Positions 30,943-40,708 of a stretch of 64,000 nt of DNA are shown piece by piece. Positions within the stretch are counted from its first letter, which is position 1. Each line of letters begins with the position of its first letter. Made by a program: the position numbers and the translations under genes. The DNA comes from an uncultured Nitrososphaerales archaeon (GTDB taxonomy: Archaea; Thermoproteota; Nitrososphaeria; Nitrososphaerales; Nitrososphaeraceae), in contig CAVOHZ010000003.1 of assembly GCA_963695855.1 (NCBI GenBank), positions 160,001 through 224,000 of the forward strand, read 5' to 3'. The notes beneath the pieces were generated by a model. It did no database searches. It saw only the letters and a program-made list of their open reading frames with translations, and had not been told where the DNA came from.

Positions 30943-31197
30943 TTAACTTACTGATATACTCTTTGCCTGAAACGCTTCGTTCATGGAAACGTATTCTTCT
31001 ATTTTCATCTTGATATCATCTGGATCAGTATCATCCATTCCCTGAAATCCTGCCTTAAATGAGATTGTATTTCCAGAAACGTTGACATTGTCAATTTCCA
31101 TGTCTGCATAAACATTTGATAATTCAGTAACCCAGTCCTTAGCTTCTTGTGAGTCTATTCCATTGGTATCAATATTTACATTTAGCATTTTTGCCAT
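30943..31197 (-). CDS. Small acidic hypothetical protein
   Basis: 84-aa ORF with ATG start and natural composition. Confidence 0.75.
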   Translation of the reverse strand: MAKMLNVNIDTNGIDSQEAKDWVTELSNVYADMEIDNVNVSGNTISFKAGFQGMDDTDPDDIKMKIEEYVSMNEAFQAKSISVS

Positions 31198-31281
31198 CCA
31201 AATACACCTAACTGATTTATGAAAAAGACATTAATAAATTTGACTAATATAGCTTATAAATATCGAGTAAAAATTTAAAAG

Positions 31282-31446
31282 CTATTCTTTTTCATCAAAT
31301 CTCCAATATTTTATGAGTTCTTTTTCAAATTTTGAAAACTGATTATCATTTAATGATTCTCCGCAATTTTTATGAGTCGGTACTACTCGCATTCCTGCTA
31401 GTTTGAAATCAACCTCATAAAAATGAACAGAAGCACAATCACACAT
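31282..31446 (-). CDS. Small Cys/His protein (MCDC...THKNCG)
   Basis: Likely start ATG 31446; the upstream extension in the ORF track overlaps a divergent promoter region. Confidence 0.55.
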   Translation of the reverse strand: MCDCASVHFYEVDFKLAGMRVVPTHKNCGESLNDNQFSKFEKELIKYWRFDEKE

Positions 31447-31595
31447 TACATTAGAATATAAATGATATCCATTTATATTCTTATTAGCCTTAAAATCTCG
31501 TCTAAAAATCATGAAAATATAATAAACATTTATCAATCCTTTTTTAGTTATTATCTTATATGAAAAAGCATTCATTGATTCAATTTGGATCAAAA

Positions 31596-32633
31596 ATGTC
31601 AGTCAAAATAATCTGCCTCACTTTGGTACTGTCATTAGGAACAATATTTATGACTTTACCTGATTCACAAGCTGAAGATAATAATTGGTATGTTGGAGAA
31701 GGAGTGAAAAAGGATATGTACGTAAAGTATTTAGTCTCACATTACGATGTTAATAATGGAAGAGAATTTGAGATAACTATATATTTCAAAGATCAAGACG
31801 AGAAGGGAAATTGGATTGCTCCAGTATATGTTGAAGATCAGGGAAAAGTTTTAGTAGGAACATTTAGGCTCAGTCCCCTTGACTTGACTGCATTAGGAAC
31901 ATCAGAAATACCGCCAGAGATGAGAGAGTATAGAAGTGGTTATGCTAATTCGTTACAATGGCTTGCAGCATATGTACCTAAACCAGGAAATTCACTCAAC
32001 GCAGGTTCATGGGGCAAAATAGGTTCAATAGGCGGTTCAGAAATCAAACCAGTAGGTTCTCAACAATTAACAATACCAGCATTTTCTCAACCGATAGAGA
32101 CAACCAAAGTGGAATATCATAAATCTGTTTCAAGTGATATTTACATATTAAATGAATTCCCATATCCAGTTATGGCCAAGACATTTGTAGATGTAACTAC
32201 TGGAACTCCACCGGTTCAGTTTCAATTTATATTGGAAAAGACAGGAACTGGAGAACCACCTATTCCAGAAATGACAAGTTTTGAAGCTACCCCTCCACTA
32301 CTTGAAAGAACAGAGAGAGGAGATTATTATGTACAATTGGATTGGAATCCGGTACGCATTCTTGCTGGAAACGAAACAACATTTACATTAGACTTTCTTG
32401 ATAAAGACCATTTCCCAACATCAAAGGTAAGTTATAACCTAAAATTGACCGGGTCTAACAATACATCTATAGCAGATTTGAAAAATCAGTTTGCTCCAGA
32501 TGGAACAAAAGCTCATAAATTTACGTTCGAGAAACCAACATTAGTTAATGTAGAAGTATCGATCAATAGTGTAAAAGGTGTCGATACAGGAGCATTCATC
32601 GAGAAAACCGATTTTACAGTGAATGTAAATTAG
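31596..32633 (+). CDS. Secreted/surface protein with C-terminal beta-rich domain
   Basis: Signal peptide ending SQA; WYVGEG N-domain; beta-rich C-terminus. Confidence 0.75.
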   Translation: MSVKIICLTLVLSLGTIFMTLPDSQAEDNNWYVGEGVKKDMYVKYLVSHYDVNNGREFEITIYFKDQDEKGNWIAPVYVEDQGKVLVGTFRLSPLDLTALGTSEIPPEMREYRSGYANSLQWLAAYVPKPGNSLNAGSWGKIGSIGGSEIKPVGSQQLTIPAFSQPIETTKVEYHKSVSSDIYILNEFPYPVMAKTFVDVTTGTPPVQFQFILEKTGTGEPPIPEMTSFEATPPLLERTERGDYYVQLDWNPVRILAGNETTFTLDFLDKDHFPTSKVSYNLKLTGSNNTSIADLKNQFAPDGTKAHKFTFEKPTLVNVEVSINSVKGVDTGAFIEKTDFTVNVN

Positions 32634-32685
32634 AAAGAAAATAATTTTTTTAATTATTTTTTATTGAATCTATTCTTATCAAAGT

Positions 32686-33390
32686 ATGTCTCCAAAAAAA
32701 AGAGTCGTTCTAATAACTTGTGTTTTTATTGTAACCTCCATAATAGTCAATTTAACAATCATAGCATATAATGGAGGTTTTAGCAACGGTAATTTGGTCA
32801 CCTCGACTGGATCTCAAAATCTATGGAAGGCAGGCAATAACATAAAACCGGGAGATTTTATGGTTTATGAGCTACAAACAAAAGATAATCAAAACAATAT
32901 TCAAAATAGAATCGTAAATATTTCTTTTTATGACAAAGCAGATGAATATTGGAATACCCGGTTCATTATTTCAAACCAAACTGGAAATATTATAAAGTTT
33001 GTAGAAAACTTATCAAAGTCAAATCTGTTAGTAAAAGACCCCGATGAGAGGAATAAAGAATATTTCAAAGAAATTGAGACAACAATTCTATCAATAAGAG
33101 ATGTAACAAGAGAACAAAAATACCTAGTAATAGGAGCGCAATGGGATACAATTTTATCAGGGGTTTCCACCATTCCATTGAAAATAACTTCAAATCAAGA
33201 GATAGAAACCCCTATAGGAAAAGTAAACGCATATATTTTAAACTATAGGCTAAACAATACCAACAATAACATATGGATTTCAGAAAAATTTCCATTACCT
33301 ATAAAAGCAGAGATTCATGATGAACAAGGCAAAATAATATTCAAATATTTAATAAAAAACACAAATATTAAATCTTCTTTAAACACATAA
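32686..33390 (+). CDS. Membrane-anchored protein, probable paralogue of the upstream gene's N-domain
   Basis: N-terminal TM helix; W..G..IK.G...YE and IWISEKFPLPIKA resemble upstream motifs. Confidence 0.7.
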   Translation: MSPKKRVVLITCVFIVTSIIVNLTIIAYNGGFSNGNLVTSTGSQNLWKAGNNIKPGDFMVYELQTKDNQNNIQNRIVNISFYDKADEYWNTRFIISNQTGNIIKFVENLSKSNLLVKDPDERNKEYFKEIETTILSIRDVTREQKYLVIGAQWDTILSGVSTIPLKITSNQEIETPIGKVNAYILNYRLNNTNNNIWISEKFPLPIKAEIHDEQGKIIFKYLIKNTNIKSSLNT

Positions 33391-33879
33391 ATTAAAAAGT
33401 TGTTTGTTTTTCTTTGACATAAAAACCTCAGATAAAAGCCAATTTATATAATTTTCTATATAAGAGTCAATTAAACACCAAATGTGTACAGAACCTGGAA
33501 GTATTTCAATTCTGCCATTTTTTAGAATAACTCTTACTCCTTCTTTACCCTCATACATATATGCATCTAAGACTCGAGCTCCAGGAATACTAGCTGTCGC
33601 TTTAGATTTGACTATTTCTCGGGATATTGTAAAATTTTTTCTAAATTTATCTACAATGATACCAATATTTTCACGACCGTATGAGTCAAAATCACTTATT
33701 TTTCTAGAGTCTGGAAAATGTAATTGCAAATCTAAATTATACCTTTTCCCCACAAAATGTGCGATTTCGTTTATCCTAGCAAATGCAAGATTTGAATTTT
33801 TTCTAGCCAATTCTTCTAAAACGGCTTTATTAGCCATGAAATTAAATCGCAAATCCCTAATAAGATCTGAGAATATCAT
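33379..33879 (-). CDS. Hypothetical protein
   Basis: 166-aa ORF; distinctive DAYMYEGKEGVR and IEILPGSVHIWC segments. Confidence 0.7.
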   Translation of the reverse strand: MIFSDLIRDLRFNFMANKAVLEELARKNSNLAFARINEIAHFVGKRYNLDLQLHFPDSRKISDFDSYGRENIGIIVDKFRKNFTISREIVKSKATASIPGARVLDAYMYEGKEGVRVILKNGRIEILPGSVHIWCLIDSYIENYINWLLSEVFMSKKNKQLFNLCV

Positions 33880-33941
33880 ATTTAGAAGAGTTTCATAACA
33901 TATTTATATATTATACACATCTAACAATAAATTTTAATGCT

Positions 33942-34571
33942 ATGTTAAATAGTGGAAGTAGACAAGACAGGATAGAAAATGTCAATAATTATAAGATGAT
34001 ATGTACTGATTTTATCAAGGACCTATCTACAGATTACATTGGATGGATAGAAAGATATGATCTCGAAGAAAAAGAAAATAAGAAGAGAAAAGAACGAATC
34101 AAAGAGACAGTAGAAAAAACGAATAATTGGATTTATGTGTTCGGAAATTCAATAAAGAAAATAGATATAATAATGAATGACGGCATAAATAAGATGGCTG
34201 AAACTACAGCAGGATACCCATTTAAATTTGACATATATATTAAAAATATGTTTAGGTATACTTATCACGAGATCGGAAAAATAAATGTAAATTTAAAAGC
34301 GATACCCAGGTCAGAGAATCAAATAAGATTGGGAAAATATGATACCATAAATTCGATACTAATTAATTCATCATCAACCGTTAATTACACAATAAGTAAA
34401 AATAGTTTTGAATTAGTCGATGTGCTAGATGATTTTATTGTTATTGATGCAACGAAATGTTCTGATAAGGATGTTATATCATTCACCACAATAGTAGAAG
34501 AATGTAAGAATGATTTTGTATCTGAAAAGAGAGGATATTCAACCATCATTTCCATAAACCAAAATTCATGA
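33942..34571 (+). CDS. Hypothetical protein
   Basis: 209-aa ORF; no motif recognised. Confidence 0.65.
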   Translation: MLNSGSRQDRIENVNNYKMICTDFIKDLSTDYIGWIERYDLEEKENKKRKERIKETVEKTNNWIYVFGNSIKKIDIIMNDGINKMAETTAGYPFKFDIYIKNMFRYTYHEIGKINVNLKAIPRSENQIRLGKYDTINSILINSSSTVNYTISKNSFELVDVLDDFIVIDATKCSDKDVISFTTIVEECKNDFVSEKRGYSTIISINQNS

Positions 34572-34612
34572 AAAGATACTTTAAATAACGAAGAATTCAG
34601 ATTTTCGTATGT

Positions 34613-34687
34613 GCGACGGTCGTCCAGTTTGGTCTAGGACATCAGATTGCCAATCTGGTAACCCGGGTTCAAATCCCGGTCGTCGCA
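34613..34687 (+). tRNA. tRNA-Gly(GCC)
   Basis: GCGACGG/TCGTCGC acceptor, TCAGA-TTGCCAA-TCTGG anticodon arm, T-loop TTCAAAT; TTTAAATA about 30 nt upstream. Confidence 0.95.
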
Positions 34688-34718
34688 TATTTATAGATCG
34701 AATTTAATAAATCACTAT

Positions 34719-34940
34719 TTAATCAAATCCACTTCCACATGCACATAGGCCATTCTCGTCAACACCTCCATCACATATTGGACACACCGCAATGTATTTG
34801 GATTCCCAAATGGATTTTCCAAATAAATGAAAATGCGTGTCGATCTCTTTTGGAATTTCAAAATCCTCTAATTTACAAGATATTTCATTATCAGTAGATT
34901 TCGACTTTACATTTTTTTTATGTCTCTTATTTGGATACAC
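34719..34940 (-). CDS. Small protein with C-terminal CxxC...CxC motif
   Basis: CPICDGGVDENGLCACG. Confidence 0.6.
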   Translation of the reverse strand: MYPNKRHKKNVKSKSTDNEISCKLEDFEIPKEIDTHFHLFGKSIWESKYIAVCPICDGGVDENGLCACGSGFD

Positions 34941-34945
34941 CTGAA

Positions 34946-35401
34946 TTATTCACTTTTTTTATAGTACAATCTTTCAATATTATTCCTAATAATATTAATG
35001 GCATTTTCTATCTTATCTCTATTGGGAAGCTGAATCATAAACAAATTAGAAGAGTATTTTGTAGAATATTCTTTCGGGATAATGGCTAATAGACCGATTC
35101 GGTACAGACATTCGAAAAATTCTAACGATGTATTGGCATGTATCAAAAAATTTTCCTCGATGCCCAAATTAATCATTTCTAATTGTATATCTACAAAAAC
35201 ATAATAACCATCATAAAAAATATTTAGCAGAACTTCAACAGTATATTTTTTTCCGAAAGATTTATTGATAATATTTTCGTAAGCGTCTTTATTTAAGTAA
35301 ATGCAAGGTATTTTATTACCTTCATAATCAATCACCCCAAAACCTTCTTTATGCAGATTTGTCAAGAAATCCTTTACATCGTTAAATTTCCGAAATCTCA
35401 C
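34946..35401 (-). CDS. Hypothetical protein
   Basis: 151-aa ORF; C-terminal LFMIQLP. Confidence 0.65.
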   Translation of the reverse strand: MRFRKFNDVKDFLTNLHKEGFGVIDYEGNKIPCIYLNKDAYENIINKSFGKKYTVEVLLNIFYDGYYVFVDIQLEMINLGIEENFLIHANTSLEFFECLYRIGLLAIIPKEYSTKYSSNLFMIQLPNRDKIENAINIIRNNIERLYYKKSE

Positions 35402-35462
35402 AATAAAAAATTCAAGAGAATCACTTTTATTTCTTTTTCTTTTTGGATAATGTAGGATTAGA

Positions 35463-37082
35463 TTAGTTTAGATTGATTGATTTAGCTAATAAAATAGCTC
35501 TCTCAGTATCTTCATTTGTACTCATATTGGCTTTTAATTTATAAGCATAATACAACAAGTCAATTATTTTGGTACAATCCAAAATTATTTTATGTGTTGC
35601 AGAACCGGCTATATTAGAACCGGAGAACACACTGCTTGCATCAGAAGCAAATTCTGCAATATTGTTAACAGATAAATTTTGTTTAAATAAAAGGGCACCA
35701 GAATTACCTGAAATAGAAATTGCTGATGTTTCATTTGGCTCGTTGCGGAAAATTTCAATATCGTCATGCGAAAAATAATAATTTTCATAGCGAGGAGAGG
35801 TTTGTTTAATTGATTCTAAAAGAGTTTCAATAGAAGTTATAATTTCCTGCTTTAAATCAACTACAGAGATCATATGATTTTTAATTTTGATAAATTCTGA
35901 AATAGAAATATTCATTATACTGCCTTTTATCTTCAGACCAGGATAAGTACTCTTTAGAGCTTCATCTATTGAATCTTCAGTAACTGATTGCAGATTTTTA
36001 TGGCGACCGATTTCAAAAGAATTATACATTATATTCAAAATTGAACGAATATTTCTAAAATCAAAATCATCGTATAATATCTTCAATTTAGACAATAAAT
36101 CTTTTATGTCGGCTTGCGATAAACCGGAGTATTGATTATAATACCTTATATATTCAAGAACAATGTCTGAAATTTCTTCAAAGGAATTTGATCCTGCTAA
36201 ATCAATTTTATAATTAGCCTTTTCAAGTCTATCAAAAACAGAACTATCCTTCATCCCAATTCCGTTATATGCGAATGGAGTTGAAATTAACATGAGAATT
36301 GTATATGGGAGATGGGTGTTTATCAAAGCTTTTACGAAAGATAACGTATCACTAGTTGCGTCGAATTCATCAAACTGGAATATAGAAATCTTGTTTAGTA
36401 GTTTTAGATTAAGGCGAGAGAGTAATGATAACCTATTTATCATATCAAGTAATGTAACAGAGTCATAAGAATCAAATTTATTTTGTATTATTTTCTTGAT
36501 TATCACTAAATCCGATGACGAGAACTCGCCTTCAAATAAAGAATCAATTTTATCAATATTGAGATCTATCTTATTTGCTATAATTTGAAGAACTTTACTT
36601 TCCAAACCTTTACCAGATAAAGACTCGAAAAAGCCAAGTTTAAAAATTTTTTTTGCAAGTTTATTATTACTTTTGCTTTTATCCAGTATATAATATAGTA
36701 TTTCTTTCCTTAGCATTCCCAGATAATCATTGTCAAAACCACGGATCATTGATTGATAAATACTCGGGATATTTTTAGGATAAATTTGAGATAAATCAAG
36801 ATAAGAAAAAATAGCTTTTTCTTTCAGATCGGATATTTTTACGTGGAGAGTCAAATGTGTCTTTCCAGATCCTACATCTTGAACTATCGTAACTATTCGA
36901 AACTTATTATTATCATTATTGATTCTATCTATGTTATAAATATCTTCAACGCAGGAAATAATAGAATTTTTTGCATCGTTATGTCTTTTACCTCCCAATA
37001 TCCTAGAGTCATCTATACTAGGAGTAGGACTGCTAGGAAAAGGATTATGAAGTAGATGATATGGATACAATTTTATAAACAC
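35463..37082 (-). CDS. Uncharacterised AAA+/P-loop ATPase (Orc1/Cdc6- or BrxD-like architecture)
   Basis: N-terminal NPF, Walker A QDVGSGKT, Walker B IFQFDEFD, putative Arg finger VFDRL and sensor-2-like NIRSIL. Confidence 0.8.
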   Translation of the reverse strand: MFIKLYPYHLLHNPFPSSPTPSIDDSRILGGKRHNDAKNSIISCVEDIYNIDRINNDNNKFRIVTIVQDVGSGKTHLTLHVKISDLKEKAIFSYLDLSQIYPKNIPSIYQSMIRGFDNDYLGMLRKEILYYILDKSKSNNKLAKKIFKLGFFESLSGKGLESKVLQIIANKIDLNIDKIDSLFEGEFSSSDLVIIKKIIQNKFDSYDSVTLLDMINRLSLLSRLNLKLLNKISIFQFDEFDATSDTLSFVKALINTHLPYTILMLISTPFAYNGIGMKDSSVFDRLEKANYKIDLAGSNSFEEISDIVLEYIRYYNQYSGLSQADIKDLLSKLKILYDDFDFRNIRSILNIMYNSFEIGRHKNLQSVTEDSIDEALKSTYPGLKIKGSIMNISISEFIKIKNHMISVVDLKQEIITSIETLLESIKQTSPRYENYYFSHDDIEIFRNEPNETSAISISGNSGALLFKQNLSVNNIAEFASDASSVFSGSNIAGSATHKIILDCTKIIDLLYYAYKLKANMSTNEDTERAILLAKSINLN

Positions 37083-37723
37083 CTTACAAAGCCATGCAAT
37101 AATCCACGAATAATTATTCCCTCTTCCCCGCCAGAAGACAACTCATAATTATTTTTGAATTGATCTATCAATTCTTTTGTATAATAGTAAAATTGTTTCT
37201 CTGTGAGTTCGTGTTTTAGACAAAGATCATTTCGAACTATAGATAATGCCACCCATCCAATTGAACCAGCATTTTTTGAAATTGATAAATCGAAATCAAG
37301 TTTAAAAGTATTTAAATCAATTGTTTTTTCTGGTTTTGAAACCGACTCCTCATATCGTTGGTTACCGTTCGTTAATAAAGAATCCATTAGTAAAATGAGT
37401 CGACCATCCAGTTTTTCAACATGTTTATTAACTGAGGAAGACAGTCCATGAAATGAGTCTTGTAAATCTTTCAAAAGCTCGTAAATGTATTTAAATTTAG
37501 CGTCGGAATTAATAAGATATTGAAAATAGTTATCTTTATGCCAATAGTAATATATATTGGCTTTTTTGGCAATAATTACCTCTCCAGTTTTAAGCCATTC
37601 TTCAATTTTTTTATCAAAGTCTGTACCAGGATATTCTTTTTTTAAGGCAATCTTTTTTACCCCTTCTTCACCTGAAGAAAAAATTTTGTCAAATATTTTT
37701 TCCTCTAAAGACATGGAATACAT
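37073..37723 (-). CDS. Putative wHTH / coiled-coil / wHTH protein coupled to the ATPase
   Basis: Likely start ATG 37723 or 37714; stop overlaps the ATPase start region; C-terminal YELSSGGEEGIIIRG. Confidence 0.65.
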   Translation of the reverse strand: MYSMSLEEKIFDKIFSSGEEGVKKIALKKEYPGTDFDKKIEEWLKTGEVIIAKKANIYYYWHKDNYFQYLINSDAKFKYIYELLKDLQDSFHGLSSSVNKHVEKLDGRLILLMDSLLTNGNQRYEESVSKPEKTIDLNTFKLDFDLSISKNAGSIGWVALSIVRNDLCLKHELTEKQFYYYTKELIDQFKNNYELSSGGEEGIIIRGLLHGFVRCL

Positions 37724-37920
37724 TTTTAATTTTGTTATAAAAGATACTGGGTGATAATAGATAAAATAATTAGTAAATTTAATTTTACTATCATCGACCT
37801 TAGGTTTATTCTCAAATTTCAATAAAATTGTTGTTGTAAAATTTTATTTTATTTTCCCAATAAAATAATTAACAATTATTAATAATAAAGATCAAATTTG
37901 AATGTAAAATCCATATTTAT

Positions 37921-37981
37921 TAACGGGATGATGAAAACTTTGCTGATGGATGATGAAAGCACTAGGGTATCTGACCGGTTA
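37921..37981 (+). ncRNA. Box C/D sRNA candidate
   Basis: Four perfect boxes: C 37928-37934, D' 37943-37946, C' 37950-37956, D 37971-37974. Flanks TAACGG and CCGGTTA can pair. Confidence 0.8.
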
Positions 37982-38333
37982 CGCTTTTATAGCTTTAATA
38001 AATACTTACATTTTACATCTCAAAGAATTAGTATAGTCGAAAATCAGAGATTATTTATTTTTCTTATCATGGTTTTGCTTCAACATAGAATCCTTAAATA
38101 TGATTTTTTATACTCCTGTGATAATTTAACATAAATCTCTTGTTGAAGATTTGCTCTTTCTACGCAAATATATTTATGGAATTCTATACCTTGTTTCCTA
38201 ACTCGTTGTTTTTAACAAATTTAGCTAACTTATCCTAGTCATAATATGTGAACTGGAGAAATTATAAGTAGTCTCTAGTAAAAAGAGATGAGATATTACT
38301 TGATATTAACGTTGTTCATAAGAAATAGATAGA

Positions 38334-38696
38334 ATGAACAATGATTTAACAAACAATGAAGATGGATGTATTTCTTTTGAAGAATTTTTAAAAATCGATT
38401 TAAGAGTAGGAAAAATAAAAAAAGTAGAGACTGTCCCTCGTATGAACAAAATATACAAAGCCGAAATTGACATTGGAACAGAAGATAGAGAAGTAGTAAT
38501 TGGAGTAGCAGAGTATTATAAGCCAGAACAATTAGAGGGGAAAATTGTTGTTGTGTGTACTAACCTTCGTCCAAAAAAGATTGGACAGATATTTTCCAGA
38601 GGAATGGTATTAGCTGCAGAATGTGATAAAGAAAAGCCGATTCTTATTACTATTGATAGTACAGAGAATTGTAGTCTAGGATCAAAAATTCATTAA
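38334..38696 (+). CDS. tRNA-binding OB-fold protein (Trbp111/CsaA/MetRS C-terminal type)
   Basis: F.KIDLRVGKI, NLRPKKI, SRGMVLA. Confidence 0.9.
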   Translation: MNNDLTNNEDGCISFEEFLKIDLRVGKIKKVETVPRMNKIYKAEIDIGTEDREVVIGVAEYYKPEQLEGKIVVVCTNLRPKKIGQIFSRGMVLAAECDKEKPILITIDSTENCSLGSKIH

Positions 38697-38701
38697 TTAT
38701 A

Positions 38702-39418
38702 TTAAAAATTATTATTATGACTATTTGTTTCCTTTTTATTATATACATCTTGCATTAGGTCTTCGTATTCCTTATCGAGATCTTTAGTATCTATTCTTAT
38801 TTTCTCTAGTTTGGAAAAAGCATTAATAATACTCTTAGCTGCCAAAGGTTGTTTAACATCTGTTTTTGAAATTTCTCCAAACAATCCTATTGCATCTATT
38901 CCTCTTTGCCAAGCTAATCCCAAAATCAAACCATTAAACCATGTAATATTACCAATTTCGTTTCCAACCAATTCTATTCCTGAATTAAACAACCGAGGCT
39001 TCAGTTCAGGATTATTTGTCACTCCGCAAACTTTAGGAGCGCCTGTCACTTGTTGTTTTAAGTAACCGCCTGCAGAATACAGACATTTAATTTTCCCAAT
39101 AGATAATATGTAATCTAAAAAAATATTACACAAGCTGTAAAGTTCATTTGAATCTTGTGGCTGGGAATCACCAGTAAAAATTATTATATTATATTTTTCT
39201 GAAAAATATATTTTATAAAAATCAAGTATGGGCTTGACAATCCCATCAGAATGAGATACCCATGGTTTTTCAATAGCTTCAATGTTTGCAATATTCTTTG
39301 TATCTAATTTTTTGGATAAAAAAGAAGATACAATGCCTCCAACTTTACCCATATCAGGTAAAGACGATATAACCATAAAATCATTAATATTAATATGTTC
39401 CAAAATTTCAAGTTTCAT
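38702..39418 (-). CDS. PAC2-family proteasome assembly chaperone
   Basis: LPDMGKVG, FTGDSQP, GGY, GLFGE. Confidence 0.82.
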   Translation of the reverse strand: MKLEILEHININDFMVISSLPDMGKVGGIVSSFLSKKLDTKNIANIEAIEKPWVSHSDGIVKPILDFYKIYFSEKYNIIIFTGDSQPQDSNELYSLCNIFLDYILSIGKIKCLYSAGGYLKQQVTGAPKVCGVTNNPELKPRLFNSGIELVGNEIGNITWFNGLILGLAWQRGIDAIGLFGEISKTDVKQPLAAKSIINAFSKLEKIRIDTKDLDKEYEDLMQDVYNKKETNSHNNNF

Positions 39419-39421
39419 ATC

Positions 39422-40300
39422 TTATTTAATTCCATTTAATTTCTTGACCAATGTATAGATAGCGGTATAATCAAGATTTGCTAATCCCATTTTTGAGGCA
39501 TAATTAAATAAATGTAAAACTGAATTTGTTATAGGCAAGGTGATATCGTTATCCTCTGCTAGATCCATAACTAAGCTTAGATCTTTTTTCATATGCTTGA
39601 GGTAAAAAGATGGATTATAATCACCCTTTATCATTCTAGGCCCTTTATTCTTACTCATACCCGTTTTAAAATGAGTAGAATTCAGAATTCTGAGATACAA
39701 ACTCCGATCTAGTCCAAAACTCTCTGATAAAATCAACCCTTCTGAAAGCGCTACAGCAATTATTCCTATATTAAGATTTAACGCTAGTTTTATGGCATTT
39801 GCTAACCCTGGCTTATCGCCGACATAATAAATAGGATTACCTAGCTTAGAGATTACTGGTCTAATTTTTTCATACACAGACTTTTCTCCTGAAACAATTG
39901 GAATAAGTTTTCCTTCAAGTACTGCTGCAGGCCCCCCCATCACTGGAGTGTTTAGGTACGTAATTCCGTTTTCCTTGAATTTATTATAACAAATTTCCGA
40001 TTCTTTTGGTGTAATCGTACTAAAATCTAAAACTATCATGTTTTTATTATTAGAATTTATTAAACCGTCCTCCTTAAAGCAAAGATCATTAATTGCTTCA
40101 TAATTAGTCACACAAATGGCAACAATTGAAGACTTATCGCCTATTTTTTTTGGAGAATCTAAAATAATCGCTCCACTTCTTGCTAGTGTTGATGATTTGG
40201 AAGATGTTCTATTATATACATTAATTTTGAAATTGCAATTTAACAATCTCAGACCAATATTATAGCCCAATAATCCAAGTCCCATAATACCGATTTGCAT
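39422..40300 (-). CDS. Beta-hydroxyacid dehydrogenase (3-hydroxyisobutyrate DH family)
   Basis: GLGLLG, YNRT, PVMGG, AIKLALN, HMKKDL. Confidence 0.88.
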   Translation of the reverse strand: MQIGIMGLGLLGYNIGLRLLNCNFKINVYNRTSSKSSTLARSGAIILDSPKKIGDKSSIVAICVTNYEAINDLCFKEDGLINSNNKNMIVLDFSTITPKESEICYNKFKENGITYLNTPVMGGPAAVLEGKLIPIVSGEKSVYEKIRPVISKLGNPIYYVGDKPGLANAIKLALNLNIGIIAVALSEGLILSESFGLDRSLYLRILNSTHFKTGMSKNKGPRMIKGDYNPSFYLKHMKKDLSLVMDLAEDNDITLPITNSVLHLFNYASKMGLANLDYTAIYTLVKKLNGIK

Positions 40301-40360
40301 AAAAAAACAATAAAAGATTCCATAAAAATATTTTTTTATTTTTAAAAAAATAATGACCGA

Positions 40361-40672
40361 TTATACCAACAAGAATACGGATCCATTAGAAATCTTTGTT
40401 TGGTAAATCCCTAAAGGTATCTCCGCAGGTAGATTTTCAGGTTTTCCAGTTTCTAATTTGAACGCTGACATATGGAGTGGACATGTAACTGTTTTTTCTT
40501 GTTCATTTAGAATGCCTAAAGAGAGATCTGCATCAGCATGGGTACAAATTCTATCACTTGCATAAATTTGATCTCCTATTTTTACCAACAAGATTTTTTT
40601 TTCTTCGTAATTAAACTCCATAATCTCCCCAGACGAAAGAGATTTTAAATCACATACTTCAATCCAAGACAA
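40361..40672 (-). CDS. Rieske [2Fe-2S] ferredoxin
   Basis: CTH and CPLH ligand boxes. Confidence 0.92.
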   Translation of the reverse strand: MSWIEVCDLKSLSSGEIMEFNYEEKKILLVKIGDQIYASDRICTHADADLSLGILNEQEKTVTCPLHMSAFKLETGKPENLPAEIPLGIYQTKISNGSVFLLV

Positions 40673-40708
40673 AAGACAAACACCGAATCATGGCTATATA
40701 AGGGAAAG

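Noticed and set aside
37898-38134. 78-aa ORF
   Set aside because: No protein motif; its MM and MDDE stretches come from the C and C' boxes of the sRNA.
34613-38333. Integrated element at tRNA-Gly, or a replication origin upstream of the ATPase operon
   Set aside because: No integrase, no duplicated tRNA 3' end, and no ORB-like or iterated repeats seen.
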